64,000 nucleotides of DNA, from assembly GCF_006345805.1 (NCBI RefSeq), contig NC_042998.1:131502001-131566000 (forward strand). Reading direction: 5' to 3'. This DNA is from Octopus sinensis. Lineage: Eukaryota. A program made the translations under genes and the position numbers. The notes under the pieces were generated by a model. The model ran no database searches. It was given only the letters and a program-made list of their open reading frames with translations, and was not told where the DNA came from. Shown piece by piece: positions 53,390-64,000 of this stretch (positions are counted from its first letter, which is position 1; each line of letters opens with the position of its first letter).

Positions 53390-54450
53390 TCACCTACCAC
53401 CTCACCATCCAACCTCTCCAACGCACCATTCTCCGAGCCTTCTCGGGCAAACGGGACGCCGCTTGGCTGACCGGTTCGCGGAGAACCTCCGAAACATCCG
53501 ATCCGGCAATGACACCCCTGTCTCGCGCCATTTCCGCTCTACCGGTCACTCTGTGCAACACCTGTCTGTGTTCGGATTGTCCTTGCACAGGGGCCATCCG
53601 AACTCCCGTTTGCGCCGTGAACAGGAATTAATCTCCTCTCTTCGCTCCTTTGGGTCACATGGGTTCAACTCTCCTCCCCTCTTCATCTAACCGCCCCCCT
53701 CCCCTCTCCTCTCTCCCCTCACACCAACTTCCTCCCACCGACTTCTCCTCTCTTGCTCCGACCACTATTTCTTCTCTTCATTCTTGCTCTCCTTCTCTCT
53801 TCTCTTCACTCCTACCCACCTTCTCCCTTCCCCTTCATCGTCACAACCATCCCTCGTAACCCCACCCCGCCCCTACACAATCCAACCCCGCCTTCCCTAT
53901 CCATCCCACCCCAACCCTCACACCCACTCCCGCATACCTCACCTCTACCCCCACCCTCATCCTAACCCACAACTCACCCTTGCTTTTCCCACCTCCCAGC
54001 ACCATCACACCACACACACACCACTACACCATACACCACTATACCAGACAACACCACATCACATCACATCATACCACCACGCACAAACTAGCACTGACCA
54101 CTTACCTGCCCCACATCCACACACCAACACATACACACACGCACACTTCAAGGTCACCAGCCCTCTTCCACGCGCACATGCATACTCTCTTATACTTACG
54201 AACGCGCACCTTTTGGGATCACCACTATTTTATTATCTCCCCTTCTTCCTAGCTCTCCTGTGTAACCCCTCTGTCCGACATTCGCCATGCTAGATCGCTA
54301 GCCACTACATATTCTTTATTTTCTCTCCTTGTTTCTTTCTGTGTTCCTTTCTGTGGAAGAGCGTAGGCTCGAAACGTTCAAGACTTTTTCACTTCCCGAA
54401 GGTTAAACTAATATATCTGTTTATTTTCTTCTTCACCTGTATTCTCCCCA
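53390..54450 (+). mobile_element. Penelope-like retroelement: GIY-YIG C-terminal part, C-rich UTR, pLTR with hammerhead-like motif at 54347-54382
   Basis: LGQTGRRLADRFAENLRNI...PVSRHF...GHSVQHLSVFGL...RLRREQELISSL ending at 53690. Confidence 0.88.
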
Positions 54451-55059
54451 CTCTCTCTATATATATACGTTTATATTTACACAAAATATATAGATATATA
54501 TTGTTTTTGCACGACAACAATTTCCCAAAAGCTTTGATAATAACGTTTTTATTAATTAACTTTTCATACTAACTTATTACCATGAGACATAAATTCGAGA
54601 GTTTAAATGAATCTACGTTGACACTATGTTGCACCTCTACAATTTAGCATAGACAATTTTAATATTGTTGGATGCAAGCTGATTTGAGTGACATAATTAA
54701 GAGGCAGAGATGTGAATTGAATCACGTTTATACTAATTTCGTCTCCTACTTGCTGATGAAGAGGACACGACGTATTCACTACGTGCTTAGCATCATACGG
54801 ATAACGGCGATTTAATCCTTGTCTTCAATAAATTGAAGCTTTGACTCTGAGGTTATCTATCTTTCTGATCGGTTTTATAATGCATTCGATTTTCTTACAT
54901 GTTTTGCATACTTACGAACTTAACACATTTGTAATAGCAGCATTTTTCAAAACCTGGTTATTTTCATGACGATACCTTTTGATTTCCACCAAAGTGTATC
55001 CATTGATAAACTCCCTCTCTCATATTCTCTGTGTATAAACATATGCGCGTGCGGATATG

Positions 55060-55282
55060 TATTCTTTTATTCTTTTATTTGCTTCAGTCATTTGACTGCG
55101 GCCATGCTGGAGCACCGCCCCTAGTCGAGCAAATCGACGCCAGGACTTATTCTTTGTAAGCCTAGTACTTATTCTATCGGTCTCTTTTGCCGAACCGATT
55201 AGTAACAGGGACGTAAACACACCAGCATCTGTTGTCAAGCGATGTTGGGGGGACAAACACAGACGCACAATCATACATATAC

Positions 55283-55347
<65 letters not shown>

Positions 55348-55500
55348 TATACACGGGCTTCATTCAGTTTCCGTCTTCCAAATCCACTCACAAGGCCCGC
55401 GACTATAGCAGAAGACACTTGTACAAGGTGCCACGCAGTAGGACTGAACCCAGAACCATGTGGTAAGCAAGCTACTTACCACACAGCCACTCCTGCGCCT
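55060..55500 (-). mobile_element. Full-length family B SINE
   Basis: Minus strand reads ggcgcaggagtggctgtgtggtaagtagc...gggttcagtcc...gcggtgctccagcatggccgcagtcaaatgactgaagc. Confidence 0.9.
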
Positions 55501-55610
55501 GCAAAAAGACACAAAATTTAACAAACAGATTTTTAAAACAGAAGACGAATCTTAAAATTCAATCAGCAGTTTGATACTTAATAAGAGCTTAAATAAATGC
55601 AACTGTCTGT

Positions 55611-55638
55611 GACGTTTCGAAGTAAGCCACTTCTTCAG
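55611..55638 (-). other. Minimal hammerhead-like motif with canonical core (probable Penelope pLTR remnant)
   Basis: Minus strand reads CTGAAGA-AGTGGCTTACTTC-GAAACGTC; stem I pairing is poor. Confidence 0.4.
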
Positions 55639-55879
55639 AAAAAATTAGACAGAGAAAAAAGACATATATGAACGAAACTCTCTGTCCCTAAGCAACTTTG
55701 AAACTTCTTCCAATAAGAATGGTAACATATCATGTATATGCTCATTTTTGAGTTCTATCTGACCTGCTTGTTGAACAAAATCTTTATATAAACCGGTGGA
55801 TAAGCACAATGTGAAGCCTCAGCGCGGCCAAGCCCAATGGCTGAAACAAGTAAAAGATGTGTGCCCCATCTAGAGTGAG

Positions 55880-56072
55880 AACCAAGTACTTTAGATCCAA
55901 GGCCCCACAGCAATACAACGCCTTGCCAAAACATCAGAGGGATCTTCATGGAGTGGGAGTAGATGTTTTCAAGAAACAACTTGACCTCCTGCTATCCAAG
56001 ATGCCAGATGAACCAATATCAAGGCAGGAAACTCAAAAGAGGGCAGCAGTGTCGAACTTCCCTCTTCACTAA
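55880..56072 (+). mobile_element. Second CR1-type LINE 3' end relic
   Basis: KAPQQYNALPK...DVFKKQLDLLLSKMPDEP...RAAVSN, homologous to the 52.8-53.0 kb peptide. Confidence 0.82.
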
Positions 56073-56629
56073 AAGCCTATCACAAGATTGGCCGTTGAAA
56101 AAGTGACTATACTAGCGATGCCCCAGCATGGTCACAACCTTAGGGCTGAAACGGATAAGAGAATAAAAGTGTGTGTGTGTGTGTGCGTGCGTGCCACGTG
56201 TACGTGTGTGTGGGGGTGCGTGTGTGCGTGCGTGCCACGTGTATGTGTGTGTGTTTATGTGTGTGGTGTGTGTGTGTGCGTGCGTGCCATGTGTATGTGT
56301 GTGTACAGTTGTATACATGTCTGTGACCTGATAAAATGTGTAAGCTCATTAGTGTGTACTTATAATTGTGATTCTGTTGAGCCATATGCATATCTATAGT
56401 GGATGCATCCACGCGCGCGCACGCACACACACACACACACATCTACATACATACATTCACATACACATAGGAAAACGCCAACACACGCAAAACAAACGTT
56501 AGTATTCTCTTTCACCTAAATTTTCTCCTTCTTTCTCTTCTTTCTTCCAGTTTCTCTCTCTTCCTCTTTAATCTTTCTCATTCTTTTCTCTTGCCCTCTC
56601 TTTCTTGCTCTTCTTCCCCCTCTCTCTCC

Positions 56630-56664
<35 letters not shown>

Positions 56665-56900
56665 CTCTTTCTGGCACTACCATTTATCTATCCTCTGTTT
56701 ATCTGTCTCTTCCTCTAACCGTCTTCCATCATATCTCACCCACATTTCAATCACTGAACCCTGAAACCTTGACAGTAAACCCATGCCAGCCCCCTCACGG
56801 CGAACAGCTGTTGTGGGCTTGGGAAGAGGGGATTGGCGCAGCCAAGGGGGACGAAATGGAGGTGTGTATGCGTGTGAAGGGGATAACTATCTGACTGTTT

Positions 56901-56931
<31 letters not shown>

Positions 56932-57278
56932 GATACACACGCATACGCACACTCACACATACAAAATTTCACGCATCCACACGCATATATATTTTTCTAT
57001 GATGATCTGTGTGTGTGAGTTTGCATGAGTGAATATACACCCATATATCACATTTTTTCCTTAAAACACACACATATACTTGTGTGTGTCTGTGTGTGTT
57101 CTGCGTTCTGTGTGTGTGTGGGTGTACATAACTTTAACTCCTCTATGTATATATATATATATTAATGTACAAAATCACACACACATGTAAATACACCTGT
57201 GCTTGTATGTAAGTGTATTTTATGTTTCATGGTACACAAATGCTACACATATACACACATGCGCGCATACTCTCTCGC

Positions 57279-57337
<59 letters not shown>

Positions 57338-57342
57338 ATCTC

Positions 57343-57373
<31 letters not shown>

Positions 57374-57532
57374 CTCTTACACACACATACATACTGCAAT
57401 TCAAACGTATACATTAACATATACATGACTTAGATTTATAGATATATCCATGAAGCTTCTTGTATTTATGTGCTTGATTTATATAAATACAAAGTATGTT
57501 CAATTACTATAGATATTATATATATATATTCT

Positions 57533-57779
57533 TATTCGTGTAACATCGTCCGTTTTCCCCTCCTTGTTTTGTATACATTCGAGGCTTTCTTCCAAGGAAT
57601 CTAATGCGCTTGGCTCAGATATTCCTTTGGGGCTGGCCAAGTCGGAGCAATCTCAAGATTAATCAGCCGAAATTGCGAGGATGATCCGGTTCTTGACTGA
57701 AGATTGAAGGCTTCGAATGTCCCGTCCGTGTTTTTTGTATCGTCTTCTAAATGTTTTACGTTCTTGTCCCAGTTTGTAT
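57533..57779 (+). mobile_element. Unclassified interspersed repeat, copy 3 (inverse of 13.6 and 14.5 kb)
   Basis: cttccaaggaatctaatgc...cagccgaaattgc...cttgactgaaga...cttcgaatgtcccgtcc aligns to the reverse complement of 13594-13900. Confidence 0.75.
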
Positions 57780-58129
57780 TTTTTTACATTCTTGTCGAAG
57801 ATACGTCTCGCTTTTATCCTTCGAAACGTAGAGTAGATGAAACCATAGCGACTGAAGAAGGGTTTTTTTCTTTGTGTTAATTGTCCTGTACTCTATTTTT
57901 TTATTGTTTAAAAAAATGTCCAGTTCCTTTGGTTTGTGTCTATGTTTTCGTTTCTCATTGTGTTCGACGTCCTTTTTGGTGTCCTGTACTCATATATGCG
58001 TGTATATGTATATGTAGAGGTAGGTACGTACATATATGTTTATATATATGCATATGTTTTTATTTATTATTAATATATATATATATAGATATATATAGTA
58101 TATATATATATATAGATATATATAATATA

Positions 58130-58350
58130 TATTGGTTTCGAATTTTGGCACAAGGCCAGCACTTTCGTCGTGTGGAGCAAGTCGATTTTATCGAGACCAG
58201 TGTTACAACTGGTACTTATTTTATCGACTTCGTTAGGATGAAAGGCGAAGTCGACCTTGGCTAAATTTGAACATCAGACATAAAGGCGGACGAAAATACC
58301 TCTAAGTATTTTACCCGGCGTTCTAACGATTCTGCCAGCTCACCATCCTA
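58130..58350 (-). mobile_element. Family A SINE (A2 tail)
   Basis: tggcacaaggcc...ttttatcgac...aggatgaaaggcgaagtcgacc...ctgccagctcacc. Confidence 0.82.
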
Positions 58351-58836
58351 ATATATATATGTGTGTGTGTGTGTATGTATAAACCTAGGCTCAAGTGGTC
58401 ATTCTTTCATTGAACCCAAAAGGATGCACGACCTTTGAACTCAGAACATAAAGACTACCCTGCCACGTCGCCGCCTTACATATGTGTATATATTATGCAT
58501 ATATATATATATATATGTATATATTGATCGTAAAATATGTACCTTTACACGTATCCATACATTTGTATATCTGTATATGCACTTTTCTAATGATACTAAT
58601 ATGAGGTACATCTGTACACAATTATATAGGTACAAGCGCGCGTGTGTGCGTGCGTGTGGATAAAAGGTACGTATATAAGCACAACTTAAGCATAACTCGG
58701 ATGCATATAGAGGAAACATACATTCATACACACACACATACAGTTATGTATAAATATATGTAAATACCTATATGTATTTATGTATATATATATATAAATG
58801 TATGGGTATATGTGTGTGTATACATATGCATATATT

Positions 58837-58882
<46 letters not shown>

Positions 58883-58924
58883 GAGAGAGAGGAGAGAGAG
58901 ACAGAGAGAGAGAGAAAGATAGAT

Positions 58925-58974
<50 letters not shown>

Positions 58975-59069
58975 GTACACACACACACATGTATGCGCGC
59001 GCATACATGTATCTATCCATGTCAGATACATCATATGTGTATGTATGCCCGTGTGTATACACGCATATA

Positions 59070-59139
<70 letters not shown>

Positions 59140-59809
59140 ATATAAAAACTGTACGCTTATAATATATAATATATATATTATATATATATATAAGCGTACA
59201 GTTTTTTACTTAGCCCATATAAATACGTGCATTTAAGTATGTATGTATTTATCTTATACATACATGTACACACACACACACACACACACACACCACCACA
59301 GAGGCACGCATGCACATACACATGTGTGTATGCGATTGTGTGTGTGCGTGAGCGCGCACCCGACATGTGTTAGATTGTGTGTGTACATGGGACGTCAATG
59401 AGAGCCGGGTGTTTATTTAACAAACACTTAGGCTCTGAGTTGTTTATGTAGTGGCTAAAATACCAACACCTCTTGGTATTTGAATAGTTCACCGGAGGGG
59501 TTGCTGGTATACTTGTGGGAGGAGGTTACAGAAGGAGAGGTGGGTTTAGGAGGAAAAGTGTTAGTGGTGGTGGTAGTGGTGGTTTAGGAGGAAAAAGTTT
59601 AGTGTTGGTGATGGTGATGAGTGACTGAAAAGTATGTTGGCAAAAAAGGAGTTTGGTGATGTCAGTGGTAGAGTAAGTGGTATTGTTTCTGATATTAGTG
59701 GTAGTAGTGGTATCAGTCTCCATGGTACGATGGTGATTGTGAATCTCTTGGTAGTAAAATAATAGCAGCAGCAGTAGTAGTAGTATTAGTAGTAGTAGTA
59801 GTAGTGTTC

Positions 59810-61145
59810 TTAAATTTAGGCACAAGGCCAGCAGTTTGGGGGAAGGGCACTTAGGCGATTACATCGACCCCTATACTGAGCTACTACATATTTTATCGAC
59901 CTTCTTTCTATAGGACGAAAGGCAAAATCGACCTCGGCGGAATTTGAACTCAGAATGTAAAGACGGACAAAATATCACTAAACATTTTGCCCAGCGTGCT
60001 AACGATCCAGCCAGCTCGCTGCCCTAATATATGTGTATATATTGGTTTAAAATTTTGGCTCAAGGCCGGTAATTTTGGTGGAGGGACTAAGTCGATTACA
60101 TTGACCCCCCACTGTTCCACTGATACCCATTTTATTGACCCCGATAGGATGGGAGACAAAGCTGCCTTCGACAGAATTTGAACTTTGAGCGTGAAAGTGG
60201 ACAAAATGCCACTTAGCATTATGCTTTCGTGCTGGTTGTAATACTGGCTTCAAATTTTAGCAAAAGGCCAGAAATTCTGGGGATGGGGATAAATCAATTA
60301 TAGCTACCTCAGTGCTCAACTGGTATTTATTTTATCGACGCCGAAAAGATAAAAGACAAAGCTGACCCCGGCAGAATTTAAACTCAGCGTGCTGACGATT
60401 CTTTTTCTACGCTAGGCACTTGAACTCAGAACGTAAAGACAAACGAAATACCTATTTCTTTATTACCCACAAGGGGCTAAACATAGAAGGGACAAACAAG
60501 AACAGACATAGGTATTAAGTCGATTAAATCGACCCCAGTGCGTAACTGGTACTTAATTTATCGATCCTGAAAGGATGAAAGGCAAAGTCGACCTCGGCGG
60601 AATTTTAACTCACAACGTAACGACAGACGAAATACGGCTACGCATTTCGCCCGGCGTGCTAACGTTTCTGCCACCTCGTCGCCTTTAATAATCTTTTCTA
60701 TAATAGGCACAAGGCCCGAAATTTTTGGGGAGGGGGTCAGTCAATTAGATTGACTCCAGTGCGCAACTGGGACTTAAGTTATCGATCCCGAAATGATGAA
60801 ATGCAAAGTCGACCTTGGCGGAACTTGAACTCAGAACATAAAGACAAACGAAATACCGCTAAGCATTTCGCCCGGTGTGCTAACGTTTCTTCTTTCTTTA
60901 CTGCCCACACGGAGCTACACACAGAGGGGACAAACAAGAACAGACAAACGGATTAAGTCGATAATATCGACCCCAGTGCGTAACTGGTATTTATTTAATT
61001 GACCCCGAAAGGATGAAAGGTAAAGTCGACCTCGGCGGAATTTGAACTCAGAACGTAGCGGCAGACGAAATACGCCCGGTGTGCTAACGTTTCTGCCAGG
61101 TTGCCGCCTTAGCTCGAAATAACTGGTCTTGTGCCAAAATTTGAA
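59810..61145 (-). mobile_element. Cluster of about six head-to-tail family A SINEs
   Basis: Repeated gtcgacc(t)cggcggaatttgaactcag-type blocks at ~59930, 60170, 60365, 60590, 60810 and 61025. Confidence 0.88.
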
Positions 61146-61887
61146 ACCAATGTATTAGTGTCAACGACCTCTAAACGCGCGTATGTGGTTAATAAAACCT
61201 CATCCACCGAACACTAGTGTATTAAATTTAAGACAGTCGTCTTTGAATTAAGTTAATTCAGCAGAGATACAAACATTGCATAATATAATATCCGAAGGTA
61301 AAATATAACTGTTTTCAAATGAGTCAAAGAATATTGTCAGCTTTAAAATGAAAAGAAAAATATTTAGCAGTTTTTCATAAACTTCTTCAACCGGAATTCT
61401 CAATATTGACTGTGTGTGGTTGTAAAGGAGATAAACGCTAAGTATGAAATATAAAATTAAAGTATCGCTTTTAATGATTTTTTTTTAAAAGTGTTATTTT
61501 ATAAGCAAGAAAGACGGAGTGGGGGAGAGAGAGAGAGAGAGTGGTGTGAGAAAGCGTGGTGTAGAACAATACGAACAAAAGTTCTCTCCTGCAATGAACA
61601 GCTAATTAGAAATGACAAACGCTCGTATATACAGACATACACAAGCACATGGACAAATAAACGCATGCACATATATAGAGAGCTTATATGCGTCAGGCAT
61701 AAGCATTGTGACATAATTTGAGCAGATTTGGAAGTCAAAACAATGCATTTAATAAAAACAGTTCTATTGTTAATAAAGCACATTGTTTTAACTTCCAAAT
61801 TTGTTCAAATACGTGTGTGGGAGAGATAGAGGGTGTGGCTGTCTGTGTGTTTGGGCATGTGTGTACGTGCATGTGTGCGTGCACGTG

Positions 61888-61958
<71 letters not shown>

Positions 61959-62494
61959 TACAAAATCGTAACAGCTAATCCCTTGAAAACGTGAGTACGT
62001 GCCAATGAAGTTCTGAGTTATGTCTGTAAGAGGCATTCATTATTTAACTGTGAAGTTCTATTCTATACAATTTATTGAAGGCTCACAATCCTTTACACAT
62101 GCATTTTTTATTCTTTTATTCTTTTTCTTTATTTCACTCATTGAATAATGCGGAGCTGCCTTGAAGTGCTATAGTCGACTACTAACAACAAAATTCCCAA
62201 CTAGCAAGAAACTCCTTAACTGCCAACCTTGAAACAATTCCTTAAAACTACATAAGTTCTTTAAAAACTTTAACTTATATATTCAGGGGTAAATATATAT
62301 TTACCCTTGAACTTGTATGATTTTGGGCCAGAATTTCAAATCAATATATGAACTGAATTTATAAGAGGTGTGGTTCAGCATCCAATTGTGAAACATACGT
62401 AAGAAATAAATCACACAAATGTACGCTAATCATAATTTATCCTACATTCGCTCTGCATATCAAAACCAGCAATAAGTGCAGTCATAATGTACAT

Positions 62495-62790
62495 GGATCA
62501 GTGGTTAGAGCGTCGGGCTCGCAATCAGGAGGTCGTGAGTTCGAGTCCCGGACTGTGCAATGCGTTGTGTTCTTGAGCAAGACACTTTATTTTACTTTGC
62601 TCCAGTTCATTCAGCTGTAGAAATGAATTGCGACGTCACTGCTGCTAAGCTGTATCGGCCTTTGACGTTCCCTTGGATTACATCGGTGGTGTGGAGAAGG
62701 GAGGCTGCTGATCTTCTATAAACAGCTTTGTTCGGACTTCTGCCTCGGAATGTAACTTTCTAGAAGCAATCCCTTGGTCATTCATGACCA
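62495..62790 (+). mobile_element. tRNA-derived CORE-like SINE
   Basis: A-box gatcagtggttagag, B-box gagttcgagtcc, and gttcttgagcaagacacttta...gctccagttcattcagctg. Confidence 0.75.
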
Positions 62791-63167
62791 AAGGGGCTCT
62801 TTACCTTTAACACACCACAAAACTAGAAGCAGACTACATGATAATACTCAATAAGGGTCTAAAACTCGCGAGTATGAGTCGCGCATTTAACTGTAAAAGT
62901 AAAGTGTACTGTACAGTATATGGATATAAAGTTGTGTATATATATGTGTTTATGCATATATATATACACACATATCCATACAGAGTGTAAACACACTGAT
63001 AAAAAGAGAGGAAGACAGACGAAGGTATGAAGAAAGATAAACTGGAGAAGAAATAAGCTCAAGATAATCAAAAATATTAAGGGAATAAAATAAACCTACC
63101 AATGGAGCAGTGCGGTGCTCACATGATTGTATAAACATCACACTCACACACCACATGTATACACACA

Positions 63168-63206
<39 letters not shown>

Positions 63207-63447
63207 GCACACATTCACTCACGCATCACTTATGTACACTGAAGAAAGGAGGCAGATTAAGGTGTGTTTGTTGTATGCGAAAGTAAACAAGAACGAGAAG
63301 AGGCGTAGAGAAAAGAAGGGAATGGAAAACGCGATAACAGAAAAAGGACAAAGAAAATATTTGGGTATTACAGTCACAAAAACAGAAGGACTGATAGAAT
63401 GATGAGAGAGCATGACAAGCAACAGGTAGTGTGGTATATATATATAT

Positions 63448-63503
<56 letters not shown>

Positions 63504-63803
63504 GGTAGATGGGGGCGATAGAGAGAACGGAAACAAAAAGGACGTGAGATCGTATAATATTTAGACACGGAAAAGACAAACGGAAGAGGCGTAAAAGTAA
63601 AGGATGAAGAGAGAAAGAGAGTAAAAAAGAAAGCTAAGAAGTAAAAGACACGAGTGAGAAGAGTTTGTGAAAAAAATTATGACTAAGAAATAAGAGTCGG
63701 AATAGACCAGAGAAACATGGAGAGAAAGTGTGAGAGGGTGAGTGTGAAAGAATAAGTGAAACTTGAGAGGAAGAGTGCAAGAGATACGCTAAATTTGTGT
63801 GTG

Positions 63804-63836
<33 letters not shown>

Positions 63837-63892
63837 TGTGTGTGTGTCTGTGTGTCTGTGTGTGTGTGTCTCTGTGTGTGTGTGTGTGTATT

Positions 63893-63925
<33 letters not shown>

Positions 63926-64000
63926 GTTTGTGTGTGTGTGTTTGTGTGTGTGTGTGTACGTAACAATGTACGTAACAATAGTTTTGAAAAGAAAAGCTGT

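Noticed and set aside
54745-54855. C/D box snoRNA (TGATGA...CTGA)
   Set aside because: No terminal stem, no clear internal D'/C' boxes, and no recognisable guide

Overview
AT-rich, microsatellite-saturated eukaryotic (animal) genomic DNA. The SINE and LINE families present suggest a cephalopod such as Octopus (inference). No host protein-coding exon could be identified with confidence, and most of the supplied ORFs are translations of (TA)n, (CA)n, (TATG)n or trinucleotide tracts. The window is a transposon graveyard. It holds a ~5 kb degraded L1/Tx1-clade LINE (ORF1 with CCHC knuckle, APE endonuclease, RT, C-terminal CCHC; 30.7-35.7 kb, minus), an R4/Dong-like RT fragment, two CR1 3' ends, several Penelope-like (GIY-YIG) remnants with minimal hammerhead-like motifs, and a Tc1/mariner relic. 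It also holds a Helitron PIF1-helicase relic, two non-autonomous Helitron-like elements with matching termini, and dozens of tRNA-derived SINEs of at least three families. The most notable observations are: (i) one SINE subfamily's 3' tail is repeatedly fused to the same internal GGTATTTCG site of related SINE heads, forming concatemers, and this tail is shared with a separate LINE-like 3' UTR; (ii) recurrent non-canonical hammerhead-like cores at Penelope ends; (iii) a Helitron-like element carrying a 4 x ~128 bp tandem array; (iv) an unexplained pair of long, near-perfect hairpins at 46.9-47.1 kb. All coordinates were read by eye, and repeat boundaries are approximate.
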